A program made the position numbers and the translations under genes. A model generated the notes under the pieces. That model was given only the letters and a program-made list of their open reading frames with translations, was not told the origin of the DNA and ran no database searches. A stretch of DNA of 64,000 bases from an uncultured Gemmatimonadales bacterium (GTDB lineage Bacteria > Gemmatimonadota > Gemmatimonadetes > Longimicrobiales > RSA9): the NCBI GenBank assembly GCA_963798845.1, contig CAWCUS010000005.1, forward strand, positions 320,001-384,000. Direction: 5' to 3'. Positions 1-11,695 of this stretch are shown here, in pieces; within the stretch, counting starts at the first letter, position 1, and each line of letters starts with the position of its first letter.

Positions 1-2388
1 GTAGCCTTCCTGGTGGCGCTGCCGCCCCGTGGCGAACTCGATGGGGGGCAGCGGATTCCCCTCCGCATCGGTGCCGAGGTCGAGCAGCTCGTTCGACAGC
101 CAGCTGCCCGTCAGGTTGAAGTTCCAGTCGAAGTCGTCCGTGCGGACCGCTTCGCCGTTCAGTCCCAGCTCGAGCCCGCTGTTCTTCACCGAGCCCAGGT
201 TCTCCCACCGATTCGTGCTGCCGCCGGCCGAATGGGCGAGGGGTCTGTTCACCAGCGCGTCCGTGGACTTCTTGTAGTACCACGTGGTCTCGAGCCCGAG
301 GCGGCCACCGAACCAGCCGCTCTCGAAGCCCAGCTCCCACTCCGAGGTCCGCTCCGGCTTCAGCTCCGGGTTCCCGATCTCGTTGATCGTGATCGCCGGC
401 ACGTCCGACTGGTTGAACGCCGTGATCTGCGAGCCGAACGACAGCAGCGCGTCCGTTGCGCCGGGCCGAAGACCGGCCTGTCCGTACGCGGCGCGCAGCC
501 GCAGGTCGCTCACCGCGTCCAGCTTCGGGAAGAAGCCCTCTTCGCTGATCACCCACGAGCCGCTCACCGACGGGTACCAGATCCAGCCGATCCCCGTGCC
601 GAACGCAGTGTTCTTGTCGCCGCGCAGCGCGCCGTTCAGGAACACGCGGTCGCGCCACGCCAGCTGCTCCTGCGCATACGCGGAGATGGTCCCGTTCAGG
701 ACGTTGGCTTCGCTTGTCTGGAAGTCGCTCGTGGCGCCGGCCAGCGAGGTCTCGATCCCGGGCGTGAGGCCGGCGCCGAAGGCGTAGACGTTGCGCGACG
801 TCTCGCGGATGTACTGCGTCCCGCCGGTGGTCGTGGACACCAGCGTCGGCGTGGCGTTCCACACCGCCGAGCCGCTGAAGTTGGTGTTGACGTTGTAGAT
901 GTCCCAGTCGCCCACCTGGATCCAGCCGTGGGTGTAGGGCGGACCGAAGCTGGCGTAGATGTTGGAGCGCGGGATCCGGCCGCGGTCCTCACGGGTGATC
1001 CGGTCCAGGCCGGCCGAGCCGTTGAAGCTCAGCCACGACAGCGGCGTCCAGTCGGCGCTCGCGCTGCCAATGAAGCGGCTCTGCTTCTGGTACGTCTTCC
1101 AGTCGTAGAAATACTGGATCGGGTACAGGTAGCCCCCGCTGCCTGGGGCGAACAACCCCAGTCCGGTGGCGCCGAAGAGGGCGTTGTCCGAGAGCGGGAA
1201 CTGGGCGTCGTTCTCCACGTACCCCACCGTCCCGCGGACACGGAAGTCCTCGCCCACGTTCCCCGTCAGGTTCGCCTGCAGGTTCCACTGGTTGAAGAAG
1301 TTCTCGGAGTTGTAGACCGACTCCTCGTCGGACTTCTCCGCGGAGACGAAGAACGTCGCGTCCTCGCTCCCGCCCGAGATGCTCGCGCCGTACACCTGCC
1401 GGCTCCCACCGTCGAACACCGTCGTCGAATCGTCCTCCAGCGGGTTTGACGACTGGAAGTCCACGGCGCCGCTGCAGAGCGGGTTGCCGCTCGCGTCGTA
1501 CGTGACCTGGTTGATCAGGGGACAGAGACGGCCCTGCGCGTCCAGGCCCTGGACGTTGTTCGGGAAGTCCGTGCCCAGCCGCAGCGCGGACTGCTCCGTC
1601 CACACGTGGACCGAGGGGGCGCCGGCGCGACCCTTCTTCGTCGTCACCTGGATCACACCGTTCGCCGCCGCCGTTCCGTACAGCGCGGATGCAGCCGGAC
1701 CTTTCAGGATCTCTATGCTCTCGATGTTGTTCGGGTTCAGGTCGTTCAGCGCCGACGGCGCCTGGTCGAAGCCGCCGATCGGCGTCTCGCTCGGGTTGTT
1801 GTCCACCCGCACGCCGTCCACCACCAGCAGCGGCGCGTTGCTCAGCGACATCGAGTTGCTGCCGCGGATCCGGATCCGCGATCCCGACCCCGTCACGCCG
1901 CTGCTCTGCAGCACCGTCGCGCCCGCCGTCCGGCCCTGGATCAGCTGCTCGAACGACGCCACCGGCGCCAGGTCGACCCTGTCCACGTTCACCACGCCGA
2001 CCGAGCTCCCGATCTCCCGCAGCGTCTGCTGCTGCCCCGTCGCCGAAACCACCACGGCGCCCAGCTCGATCGCCGACTCGCCCAGCTGGAAGTCCTGCGT
2101 GACCGTGCCGCCGGCTGTCACCGTCACCGTGTTCGTCTCCGTCGAGTACCCGATCAGCGTGGCCCGCACCTCGTGCGGACCCGCCGGCACCTGGCGGACG
2201 ATGTACTGGCCGTTCTCGTTGGCGAGCGCGCCCAGCGTGGTGCCTGTGACCGTGACCTGGGCACCCGGCAACGGCGCGTTCAATGTACGGTCCACGACGC
2301 GGCCCACGATCGTCCCTGTCTGTGCCACAATCGGCGACGCGCCGGCCAGCGCCAGCAGCGCCACGATCGCCCACTTGTATCTGGACAT
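1..2388 (-). CDS. SusC/RagA-family TonB-dependent outer membrane receptor (3' end runs off the window)
   Basis: Manual translation from ATG 2388 (RBS AGGAGA): signal peptide MSRYKWAIVALLALAGASPIVAQ, carboxypeptidase-regulatory-like domain (GTIVGRVVD...GQYIVRQVPAG), plug motifs SRIRIRGSNS, PLLVVDGV, IEILKGPAASALYGTAAANGVIQVTTKKG. Confidence 0.9.
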   Translation of the reverse strand, partial: MSRYKWAIVALLALAGASPIVAQTGTIVGRVVDRTLNAPLPGAQVTVTGTTLGALANENGQYIVRQVPAGPHEVRATLIGYSTETNTVTVTAGGTVTQDFQLGESAIELGAVVVSATGQQQTLREIGSSVGVVNVDRVDLAPVASFEQLIQGRTAGATVLQSSGVTGSGSRIRIRGSNSMSLSNAPLLVVDGVRVDNNPSETPIGGFDQAPSALNDLNPNNIESIEILKGPAASALYGTAAANGVIQVTTKKGRAGAPSVHVWTEQSALRLGTDFPNNVQGLDAQGRLCPLINQVTYDASGNPLCSGAVDFQSSNPLEDDSTTVFDGGSRQVYGASISGGSEDATFFVSAEKSDEESVYNSENFFNQWNLQANLTGNVGEDFRVRGTVGYVENDAQFPLSDNALFGATGLGLFAPGSGGYLYPIQYFYDWKTYQKQSRFIGSASADWTPLSWLSFNGSAGLDRITREDRGRIPRSNIYASFGPPYTHGWIQVGDWDIYNVNTNFSGSAVWNATPTLVSTTTGGTQYIRETSRNVYAFGAGLTPGIETSLAGATSDFQTSEANVLNGTISAYAQEQLAWRDRVFLNGALRGDKNTAFGTGIGWIWYPSVSGSWVISEEGFFPKLDAVSDLRLRAAYGQAGLRPGATDALLSFGSQITAFNQSDVPAITINEIGNPELKPERTSEWELGFESGWFGGRLGLETTWYYKKSTDALVNRPLAHSAGGSTNRWENLGSVKNSGLELGLNGEAVRTDDFDWNFNLTGSWLSNELLDLGTDAEGNPLPPIEFATGRQRHQEGY

Positions 2389-2929
2389 GTTGTCTCCTGT
2401 CGTCATTTCTTTCGCTCGCCCGGCGCACGCGGCGACGGGCGTAGGCCCGAGCGCAGCCGGCCGCGCACGCTCCCGCGCGGCGGCCGCGATGCTCGCGGGC
2501 CGGGTGCATTTCAGACGAAATAGGCTGGGTCCTGACCTCCTCTCGACGGGGTTGGGCACGGAGACGCCAGAACGGCCTCGACTCGCACGATTGACAGATC
2601 CGTGTGCGATCGGGGCCGGCGCCGCCGGGTTGGCTGGTCTGGACAACGGGATCGTCGCCTGCGATGAGCCTCCTTTCATCGGGGGGGTGAGACGGCCTGC
2701 GCGGGCCGGGCTTCCCGATGAATGGGGGGACGCGGAGCGAGTCTCCACAGGGTCGGGCCGAGACGTCCCGTGTGCGGGCGAGCCGTCCCGAACGGGCGGG
2801 CCACGGGTCGGCGCGCCGACAGTGTCACGAGCCGCGGAGCGTGCGGCCCCACTCGCGATCGGGCCCGCGGTCACCTATTCTGCCGATCGACAACCCCTCC
2901 CCAGAGGCACCACCACCGGAGAATTCGCC

Positions 2930-5900
2930 GTGCCGCGAGCCACCGCGCGTCCTCGCACGCGCCTGCACCGAGCTTCCGTCCTCCTCCTCGCCACCCTCAC
3001 GGCCGGGGCCGTGTGTCGATCGTCCGCCCGCGCGCAGGCTGGCGCCACGCCGGAACTGTCGGCGCGCCCCGCCGCGGGGACAGCCGGGGCGCCGGGCGAC
3101 ACGGCCGCCAGAGTGCTCTCCGTCGAGGACTACGGGCGGTGGCGCACGATCGGCGACCAGGCGATCTCCAGCGACGGGCAATGGGCGACCTGGGTCTACC
3201 GGCACACGAACGTGGCCGGGAAGGACGAGAAGCCGGAGCTCCACATCGTCCAGCTCGCGACGGGCCGGGACACCGCCGTCGCCGATGCGGCGAGCGGGGA
3301 ATTCTCGCCGGACGGGCGATGGCTCGCGTTCAGAGTCGACTCGGTGCCGGCGCACGGCAGCCGTGGAGCCGACTCGACGGGCGGCTCCGACGCAGCCCCG
3401 GTGGCCGGCGGTCGCGGCGGTGCTCGCGGCCCGAAGGTCCACCACCGGATGGTGCTGTGGGAGCTGGCCACGGGCACGACGCGGGCGTGGCACGACATGC
3501 AGTCGGCCACGTTCTCCCGCGACTCCCGGTTCGCACTGCTGCGGGACCGGGCCGCACCCCGCGGGGGGCGCTTCGGCCGCTTCGACGGTTTCGGCGGCTC
3601 CGGCCGTGGCGCCGGCGAAGCGCCAGCCGGCCACGGTTCGGACGCCATCCTCGTGGACCTGACCACAGGGCGGAGCCAGCTGCTGGGCAGCGTGGGGGAT
3701 GCGGCCTTCAACCGCCCCGGCACCCTGCTGGCATACACGGTCAACGCGGACGCGAAAGACGCCAACGGCCTGTTCGTGGTGGATCTCGACAAGGGCGTCA
3801 CGCAGGCGCTCGACAACGACGCGCTCCTCTATGCCCGGCTGGCGTGGAACGAAGCGGGCACCGGGGTCGCAGTGCTGAAGGGCGACGACGTCGCCACGAA
3901 GCTCCATCGGGACAACATCCTCCTGGTGTTCCCCGACGTTCGCGCCGCCATGGCCCGGCCGGCCCTCGCGCCGGCCACGCTTCGTACCACCGCCGCCGGC
4001 TTCCCCGAGGGGTGGGTGATCAGCGACCGGGCGCCGCTGACGTGGAGCGGGGATGGACGGCTCGTCTTCCTGGGAGCCATGCCGCAGGCGCCGGCATCGG
4101 ACACGGCTGCGGTCGAGAGCAGCGACTCCACCGCGAACGTGGACGTGTGGAGCACGACCGACCGCTACATCCAGTCAATGCAGATGGGCCGCGCCGCCAG
4201 GGAGCGGAATTTCTCCTACCGCGAGGCGTTCGACGTGGCCCGCGAGCGCTATGTCGCCCTGAGCGACTCCACGCTGCGGGACCTCGAGGTGTCACCGGAC
4301 GGGCGCTGGGCCGTGGGCACGGACGCGCGGGCGTACATCTCCGACTGGAAGCCGGCGAGCGCCGACTTCTACCGCGTGCGCACGGCCACCGGAGAGCGCA
4401 CGCTCATGCTGCGAAACCAGCTCACCCGGGATGGATCTTTCGGCATCTCCCCGGATGGCAGGACGTTCCTGTACTGGAGCGAGGGAGTCTTCAACGCCTA
4501 CGACCTCGAAAGGGGGACGTCCACCGCGCTCGGTGCCGGCGCGCCCGGCTTCGTGGACACCACGTACGACCACCCGGGCCCGAAGCCCGCGTGGGGCGTC
4601 GCGGGCTACACGGCCGACGGCAGGAGCGTCATCGTCGAGGACCGTTACGACCTCTGGACGCTGCCGCTCGACGGGGGCCCTGCCAGGACGATCACGGGTG
4701 GCTTCGGCGCGAAGAACCAGGTGGTCCTGCGGCTGGTGCGGCCGGAGCCGATCGACTCCCTGGCCAGCCGGACCCTGCGCACGGGCAACGTGTGGGACCT
4801 GTCGGGGCCTCTGACGCTGTCGGCGTTCGGGGAGCGGACGAAGAAGGCCGGGTTCCGTCGCCTGGAGAACGGGCAGGTGAGCCTGCTGGTATACGACGAC
4901 GCGACGTACGGCACGCCCCAGAAAGCCGCGCACGCGGACCGGTACCTCTTCACGCGCGAGACGTTCACGGAGTCGCCCGACCTGCGCGTCTCGGGCCGGG
5001 ACTTCGCGAACGCGAAGCGGATCACTGACTCCAACCCGCAGCAGGCGGAATACCGCTGGGGCCACAGCGAGCTCTTCACCTTCAGCGACCGGTACGGCCA
5101 CGAGCTCCAGGGCATGCTGTGGGTGCCCGACGACTTCAGGGAGGGCGAGAAGCGACCCGCGCTCGTCACCTTCTACGAGAAGAACTCCCAGAACCTGAAC
5201 CGGTACCCCATGCCCGAGCTGCTGGTCAGCATGGGGCGTCCGGCCATCGAAGCGGTGAGCCGCGGCTATGTCGTGGTGATCCCGGACGTCTACTACAACA
5301 CGGGCTCTTCCCACGACGATCAGCTGGACTGCGTGGAAGCGGCCACCCGCAGGGCCATCGACCTGGGCTATGCCGACCCGGACCACATCGGGCTGCACGG
5401 GCACAGCTACGGGGGCGAGGGCGCGGCGTACATAGGAACGCGGTCGAAGCTGTTCGCCGCCGTGGGCGAGGGCGCGGGCGTCACCGACCTGTACACCGAC
5501 TTCAGCCAGGAATGGGGGTGGTCGTACCAGGTGAGCGGCGGCTCCGGCGCGAATGGCAACCAGTACTACATGTACGGCCAGGGCCGCTGGGGGTTCTCGC
5601 CCTGGCAGAAGCCGGACGTCTACCGCGACGAGTCCGCCCTCACGCACGTGCCGGAGGTCAGCCAGCCGATCCTCATCATGCACGGCACGGCCGATCCCAC
5701 GGTCTCGTTCAACGAAAGCCTCAAGTTCTACAACGCGCTGCGCTTCAACGACAAGACCGCGTTCCTCCTCGCCTACCAGGGCGAAGGGCACCACCTGGAC
5801 AAGCTGGGAAACCGGAAGGACTTCACCACCCGCTTCTTCCAGTTCTTCGATCACTACCTCGAGGGCGCGCCCGCACCCGAGTGGATGAACGAGGGCGTGC

Positions 5901-5941
5901 CGTTCCTGAAGAAGGCGGCGGTGGAGGACCGGGGACAGTAG
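2930..5941 (+). CDS. Secreted S9 (prolyl oligopeptidase/acylaminoacyl peptidase) family peptidase
   Basis: GTG 2930 after GGAGA; signal peptide; beta-propeller repeats (FSPDG); triad motifs GHSYGG, HGTADPTV, EGHH. Confidence 0.88.
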   Translation: MPRATARPRTRLHRASVLLLATLTAGAVCRSSARAQAGATPELSARPAAGTAGAPGDTAARVLSVEDYGRWRTIGDQAISSDGQWATWVYRHTNVAGKDEKPELHIVQLATGRDTAVADAASGEFSPDGRWLAFRVDSVPAHGSRGADSTGGSDAAPVAGGRGGARGPKVHHRMVLWELATGTTRAWHDMQSATFSRDSRFALLRDRAAPRGGRFGRFDGFGGSGRGAGEAPAGHGSDAILVDLTTGRSQLLGSVGDAAFNRPGTLLAYTVNADAKDANGLFVVDLDKGVTQALDNDALLYARLAWNEAGTGVAVLKGDDVATKLHRDNILLVFPDVRAAMARPALAPATLRTTAAGFPEGWVISDRAPLTWSGDGRLVFLGAMPQAPASDTAAVESSDSTANVDVWSTTDRYIQSMQMGRAARERNFSYREAFDVARERYVALSDSTLRDLEVSPDGRWAVGTDARAYISDWKPASADFYRVRTATGERTLMLRNQLTRDGSFGISPDGRTFLYWSEGVFNAYDLERGTSTALGAGAPGFVDTTYDHPGPKPAWGVAGYTADGRSVIVEDRYDLWTLPLDGGPARTITGGFGAKNQVVLRLVRPEPIDSLASRTLRTGNVWDLSGPLTLSAFGERTKKAGFRRLENGQVSLLVYDDATYGTPQKAAHADRYLFTRETFTESPDLRVSGRDFANAKRITDSNPQQAEYRWGHSELFTFSDRYGHELQGMLWVPDDFREGEKRPALVTFYEKNSQNLNRYPMPELLVSMGRPAIEAVSRGYVVVIPDVYYNTGSSHDDQLDCVEAATRRAIDLGYADPDHIGLHGHSYGGEGAAYIGTRSKLFAAVGEGAGVTDLYTDFSQEWGWSYQVSGGSGANGNQYYMYGQGRWGFSPWQKPDVYRDESALTHVPEVSQPILIMHGTADPTVSFNESLKFYNALRFNDKTAFLLAYQGEGHHLDKLGNRKDFTTRFFQFFDHYLEGAPAPEWMNEGVPFLKKAAVEDRGQ

Positions 5942-6005
5942 CTTTCCCGGAGTGGATCGCCGGGAGGAGAGTGCCCCTTTCGCCCCGCTCGCGGAAGCCA
6001 AGGCC

Positions 6006-8463
6006 ATGAGCTGGATCATCGACGTCCGGACACTCGGGTCGGACATCCACCACGCCCTCCGGAGGATGCGGAGATCGCCCGGGCTGACGGCTGGCGTGGT
6101 GTTGACGTTCGCGCTCGGGATCGGCGCGGCAACGACGATGTTCGGGATCCTGGACCGCGTGCTGCTGAGTCCTCCGGACGGCATCGCCCGACCGGCCGGG
6201 GTGAAGCGGGTGCTGAATGAGCGGTACCTGGACTGGCTCGGCCAACGCAAAATGTCGGAGGCCACGTCCGTGGTGGCCCTCGAGAAGCTCGAGGGAACGC
6301 CGCAGTTCGCGGACCTCGCGGGGTGGGCGCCGGTCCCGCTCGTGGTCGGGAACGGGCGGGAGGCGACGGAAGTGCCGGGTATGCTCGTGACGGCCAACTA
6401 CTTCGGCCTGCTCGGCGCACGGCCTGCCCTGGGGCGCTTCTTCGCCGACGCGGAGGACCAGCGGGGCGCCGAGCCGGTCGCGGTCCTGAGCCATGGGTTC
6501 TGGCAGCGGCGCTACGGAGGCAGCGCCGACGTTCTGGGGCTGTCGGTGGATTTCGGTCAGGGCCCGTACGCCGTGGTGGGCGTGGCCCCGCAGGGGTTCA
6601 CCGGCGTCGACATGCTTCCGGTGGACATCTCGGTTGCCGCTGCGCTCCGCCGGGGCGGCCCTGTTCGGCGACCCGCGCTGGTTCACCGATCCAGGGTGGA
6701 ACTGGGTGCGCCTGGTGGCGCGCATGGCTCCGGGCGCGAGCGTGGCCGGGGCGGAATCGGCGGCCACCACGCTCTATCGACGCAGCCACCCGGACGAGGA
6801 TCCGGAAGCACGCGTGGTGGTGGCCCCGCTCATGGCGGCGCGAGGCCCCATGGCCTCGACGGAGTCGGCTGTCTCCCGCTGGCTGTTCGGCGTCACCGTG
6901 CTCGTGCTCCTGATCGTGGCTGCCAACATCGCCAACATGCTCCTGGCCCGCGGGCTCCGGCAGCGCCGGGAGATCGGAGTCCGGCTCGCGCTCGGGGCTA
7001 CGCGGGGTCGCCTGGTTCGCGAGTCGGTCGTCGAGGCGCTGCTCATGGCGGCCCTGGGCGCGCTGGCCGCTCTGGTGCTGGCGCAATGGGGTGGCGCAGC
7101 CGTGCGCGCGGCGCTGCTCCCCGACCCCGCCGCGGCCACGTCCGGCATCAGCGGTCGTGCCGCGATCTTCGCCGGAGCGGCGTCGGTGCTGGCCGGTCTG
7201 GTCTCCGGGATTCTGCCGGCCATCCAATCGACTCGAGCCGACGTGCACGAGACGCTGAAGACGTCCGGACGCGGTGTGGTACCCGGTGCCGGCCCGACCC
7301 GCGAGTCTCTCGCGGTGCTCCAGGTGGCGCTCTCGGTCGTGCTCCTGGTCGGTGCGGGACTGTTCATCCGGAGCCTCCTGCACGTCATGTCCACCGACCT
7401 CGGGATCGACGTGGACCACGTGCTCGTCGCCATGCCACAGTTCGACGAAGGTACGGGCACGGCGGAACGCGAGCGGACCTTTGCCGCGATCGCGGAACGG
7501 CTGCGAGCCAACCCGGCTGTGGCGCACGCCAGCGCCGTGGCCGGCTCCCTTCCCTTCATCCAGTCCCGGAGTGGCGACCTCTACGTGCCCGGAAGGGACT
7601 CGGTGCCGACGCCTCCGCAGGGCGGACCCTATCTGTCGGCCGTCGAGCCCGACTACTTCGAGACGCTGGACCTGGCAGTGGTTGAAGGGCGGGGCATCGA
7701 AGCCAGCGACCGAAACGGCAGCGAGCCGGTGGTCGTCATCAACCGGACGCTGGCGCGATGGCTCTGGCCGGAAAGCAGTGCCGTCGGCCGGTGCATCCAG
7801 GTGATCTCCGACGCCTCCCCGTGCCGCACCGTGGTGGGCGTTGCCGAAGACGCCCATCGACACCGGTTGGTGGAGGAGCCAGCGGCGCAGGTCTATCTGC
7901 CGCTGGCCCAGGGTGGGCTCGACCGTGAGACCGAGGGCGTCCTCGTCCGGGGGCGGCGCGGCGCACAGGGACTGTCCGAGCTCGTACGGACTGAGCTTCT
8001 GGCCGGCGGCCGGGTCAGGTTCGCTGGCGTGCGGAGCCTCGGCCAGATCGTGGCCCCGCAGTCGAGGCCGTGGCGCGTGGGCACCCTGCTGTTCTGCGCC
8101 TTCGGCCTGCTCGCCGTGGCCGTGGCCACGATCGGCATCTACGCCGTCCTCGCGTTTTCCGTCGCACAGCGCTTGCGAGAGCTGGGGGTTCGCGCCGCAC
8201 TGGGTGCGGACCGCGCCCGTCTGATCCGGCTCGTTGCCGGCCGCTCGCTTCGGCTGGTCGCGCTGGGCGTCACCCTGGGCCTCGCCGCGGCGGCCGCGGC
8301 CGCGGGGCGACTCGGACCACTCCTCCAGGGCGTGTCTCCCCACGACCCGTTGGTGTTCGGCGCCGTGGCTCTGGTCCTCGCGTGCGTGGGACTGTTCGCG
8401 GCCGCGATCCCGGCCCGCCGCGCGACGGCGGCCTCTCCGCTCGACGCGATGCGGGCCGAGTAG
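6006..8463 (+). CDS. ADOP-type duplicated MacB/FtsX ABC permease, frameshifted by one extra C at 6631
   Basis: N-terminus DIHHALRRMRRSPG...ALGIGA; two FtsX domains (REIGVRLALGA, RELGVRAALGA). Removing C6631 restores VDIWLPL and joins ORFs 5952.. and 6493.. Confidence 0.85.
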
Positions 8464-8690
8464 GGCCGCTGCTCCGGTAAGGGCGCACCCGCCTCTTCTG
8501 GATGGCGCTCGGCACCGGACCCTCCGCCTCAGGGCCGTACGGCGCCGTTCGGGTCACCCCGCGACCATCTCGTGCCCGGCGCGTTGCCCGGACACACGCC
8601 CCGTGGGAACCGTTCAGAAGTCGGAATGCGGCCCGCGCGTGACGCCGCCGACCCGCATCGCCCTCGCCCCATTCGCAGGAGGACGTTCTC

Positions 8691-9227
8691 ATGCAGCGAA
8701 TTCTTTCGGTCCTTCCATACGTGATGGCTTGGCCTGCCGCGGCCGCGGCCCTAGCGGGTCCCGTCGCGGCGCAGGTCTCGCCACGGTGCGCGGACGCGGA
8801 GTTCAGACAGATGGACTTCTGGGTCGGGAACTGGGATGTGACGGACGCGAGCGGCGAGAAGGTGGGGGAAAGCACCGTCGCGCCCATGCTGAGCCGGTGC
8901 GCGGTGCGGGAGGAGTGGCGCTCCGGAGAGATGATCGGCACGAGCGTGAACATGTACGACAAGCCGTCGGGCGTGTGGCGCCAGATGTGGGTGGACAACT
9001 TCGGCGCCGTGCTCCGCATGGAGGGCGGGTGGTCGGCGGGGAGCATGGTGCTGAGCGGCGAGCGAAAGGGGGCGGACGGGAAGGTGCGCCAGCTCCGCGT
9101 GACGCTCACCCCCATGGAGGACGGCTCGGTGCGACAGCGCCAGGAGCGCTCGGAAGACGGAGGGAAGTCGTGGACCGTGATCTTCGACGCACGCTACACC
9201 TCGAAACCGCGAATGTCCCCGGAGTGA
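8691..9227 (+). CDS. Secreted hypothetical protein (DUF1579-like small beta-barrel)
   Basis: RBS AGGAGG, signal peptide, motifs C..EFRQMDFWVGNWDV, WRQMWVDN, SEDGGKSW. Confidence 0.7.
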   Translation: MQRILSVLPYVMAWPAAAAALAGPVAAQVSPRCADAEFRQMDFWVGNWDVTDASGEKVGESTVAPMLSRCAVREEWRSGEMIGTSVNMYDKPSGVWRQMWVDNFGAVLRMEGGWSAGSMVLSGERKGADGKVRQLRVTLTPMEDGSVRQRQERSEDGGKSWTVIFDARYTSKPRMSPE

Positions 9228-9398
9228 TCCGGCGCCGGCAGTGGCCCTGGCCGCGGTGGTAAACGGGACCCGACCCGCCATCTGGTGGTTCGAGCGTACC
9301 GGCTCGTCACCAGCGCCACGCGTCCCGGAACGCCTCGATTGTTTCGCATGCCGCCCATGGTCAACGTGCTGCCAGCGTGATCCTGTCCTGGAGGGCTC

Positions 9399-11651
9399 TT
9401 GTTCGTCACACGGTTCGCACTGCCAAGACCTCGTCGCGGCCGCCGATCGGGGCTCGCCACCGCGCTGCTGGCCCTGGCGTTCGTTCACGGAGGCGGGGCG
9501 CACGCTTCGGCGCAGGAGCCCCCCCTGATCCTGCAGCGCGCCTCGGGACCCCTGAAGATCGATGGGGTCGTGGACGAACCCGCCTGGATCGTCGTCCCGC
9601 CACTCCCTGTGGCGATGTCGGGGCCCCGATTCGGGGTCAGCCCGAGCGAGCCCACCGAAATCCGCGTCGCGTACGACGACGCGTTTCTCTATTTCTCTGG
9701 CGTGTTTACCGCCGAACCGGGTGCCATCCGGTCCCGCAGCCTGACCCGGGACCGCTGGGGCGACGGGGATCTCTTCGAAGTGGTGGTCGACGGGTACGAC
9801 GACAACGAGACCGGCACCGGCTTCGCCACCAACCCCGCGGGCGCGCGCATCGACTTCGCCATCTCCCACGACGCGGAGGGCGGGGGCGACAACGAGCTCA
9901 ACCCGCCAGTGAACCGGGCCTGGAACGCCCCCTGGACGGTGGCCACGACCCGCACGGAGGAAGGCTGGTCGGCCGAGATGAGGATCCCGCTCTCCACGCT
10001 GCGATTCCAGCCGAACGCGGACGGCACCGTGGTCATGGGCCTGCTGGTGCGCCGCTATATCGCGCACCGGAACGAAGAGGTGACCTTCCCGGCGATCCCG
10101 GAGTCCTGGTCCGGAGGGTACCGGAAGCCGTCGCTCGCCCGGGCCGTGCAGCTGCAGGACGTCCAGCCGTCGCGTCCCCTCTTCGTGACGCCGTATATCC
10201 TCGCCGGTCAGGATCGACAGCCCGCCATGGAATCCGCAGGTTTCAGCTCGGAGGCGACCCGCGAGATCGGAGCCGACCTCAAGGTGGGTCTGGCCGACAA
10301 TCTCGTTCTGGACCTCACTGCAAACACGGATTTCGCGCAGGCAGAAGCGGACGCGTTCCAGGTCAACCTGAGCCGCTTCAACCTCTTCTACCCCGAGAAG
10401 CGGAGCTTCTTTCTCGAACGGGCCGGCGTGTTCGACTTCCGGACTCGCGGCGATGATCGGCTCTTCCACAGCCGACGGATCGGTTTGGGGCCCGAAGGGC
10501 AGCCGGTGCGGGTCCTGGCCGGCGGTCGCCTCGTCGGTCGCGTCGGCGATTGGGACCTCGGAACCCTCGATATCCAGACTGCCGAAACGGCTCTCGCGCC
10601 GTCCGAGAACTTCGGCGTACTGCGAGCCCGCAGGCGCATTGTCAACGACAACTCGTTCGCGGGCGGGATGTTCACCAGCCGGCTTGCCGCGGGAGCCCCG
10701 GCGCGCCTGGCCTACGGCCTGGACGCGTCGCTTTACCTTGGTGCATCCACCTACCTCTCTGCGAGTTTCGCGCAAGCGGCGAACGGAGCGGCGCCGGATC
10801 TCGGATCGTCCGCCGGGCTGCTGTCGCTTTCCCGTCGCTCGCGGGTCGGCTTCGGGCACTCCCACGCCGTCTCGTGGAACGGCCCCGAGTACGACCCGGC
10901 GGTGGGCTTCGTCGGCCGCCGCGGAGTCCTCATCGACGAGACCAGCAGCGAGTTCGCGTGGCGCGGATCGGCGGGCTCCCCCATCCAGCGCATCGGGCCG
11001 ACACTCCAGAGCGTGCTGGTCGTCCGCGACCGGGACCGGGGCGTGGAATCGCTGGAGCTGGCTCCGGGCTGGGCAGTCACCTGGAAGTCCGGCCTCTACG
11101 CGAGCGTCGAGGCGAACCTCTACTACGAGCACGTAGGCGAGCCCCTGGCCCTGGGCCATGCCACCATCCCGGTCGGCCACTACTGGTTCCGATCCGCGCG
11201 CGTCTTCCTGAGCCTGCCCGCCACCCGGACATTCAGCACCCGGGTCTACTTCCGGAAAGGCGCCTACTACGACGGGGACTGGACCCTTCTCATCCTGAAC
11301 CCGTACGTCCAGCTGTCCGAGCGGCTCCAGCTCGGCCTCGACCTGCAGCGCACACGGGCCACCTTCCCCGGTGACCGGGTGCCCTTCGACCCGGACCTGA
11401 TCCGTCTCCGTGCCGACCTGGCGCTCAACCCTCGCCTCTCCGCCAGCGCTCTGCTCCAGTACACCAGCACCGAAGGCGAGGGCGCCGCCAACGTCCGGCT
11501 CCGGTACAACTTCGGAGAAGGCCGCGACATCTACCTGGTCTACAACGAAGGCCTGTCCGTTCCCGATGGCCTGGCGTGGTCCGCGGTCTCCTCGCAAGGC
11601 CGAACAGTGGTCGGGAAAGTGACCTATGCGTTCGCCGTCCCCTTCAGCTGA
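9399..11651 (+). CDS. CBM9-like/DUF5916 outer membrane protein
   Basis: Motifs IDGVVDEPAW, WSAEMRIPLSTLRF, LDLTANTDFAQAEAD, NLSRFNLFYPEKRSFFLE, FHSRRIG; start codon uncertain. Confidence 0.8.
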   Translation: MFVTRFALPRPRRGRRSGLATALLALAFVHGGGAHASAQEPPLILQRASGPLKIDGVVDEPAWIVVPPLPVAMSGPRFGVSPSEPTEIRVAYDDAFLYFSGVFTAEPGAIRSRSLTRDRWGDGDLFEVVVDGYDDNETGTGFATNPAGARIDFAISHDAEGGGDNELNPPVNRAWNAPWTVATTRTEEGWSAEMRIPLSTLRFQPNADGTVVMGLLVRRYIAHRNEEVTFPAIPESWSGGYRKPSLARAVQLQDVQPSRPLFVTPYILAGQDRQPAMESAGFSSEATREIGADLKVGLADNLVLDLTANTDFAQAEADAFQVNLSRFNLFYPEKRSFFLERAGVFDFRTRGDDRLFHSRRIGLGPEGQPVRVLAGGRLVGRVGDWDLGTLDIQTAETALAPSENFGVLRARRRIVNDNSFAGGMFTSRLAAGAPARLAYGLDASLYLGASTYLSASFAQAANGAAPDLGSSAGLLSLSRRSRVGFGHSHAVSWNGPEYDPAVGFVGRRGVLIDETSSEFAWRGSAGSPIQRIGPTLQSVLVVRDRDRGVESLELAPGWAVTWKSGLYASVEANLYYEHVGEPLALGHATIPVGHYWFRSARVFLSLPATRTFSTRVYFRKGAYYDGDWTLLILNPYVQLSERLQLGLDLQRTRATFPGDRVPFDPDLIRLRADLALNPRLSASALLQYTSTEGEGAANVRLRYNFGEGRDIYLVYNEGLSVPDGLAWSAVSSQGRTVVGKVTYAFAVPFS

Positions 11652-11695
11652 ACCCCGCGCCCGCCGGCTCTCCGGCAGTGCCTCCGCCCCAACCC

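Noticed and set aside
1379..2929. N-terminal 517 aa of the 1520-aa ORF
   Set aside because: Antisense shadow of the SusC gene plus intergenic DNA; the real peptidase starts near 2930
6620..6640. Programmed ribosomal frameshifting in the ADOP gene or the other split genes
   Set aside because: No slippery sequence; a single-base deletion restores conserved motifs, which fits sequencing error better
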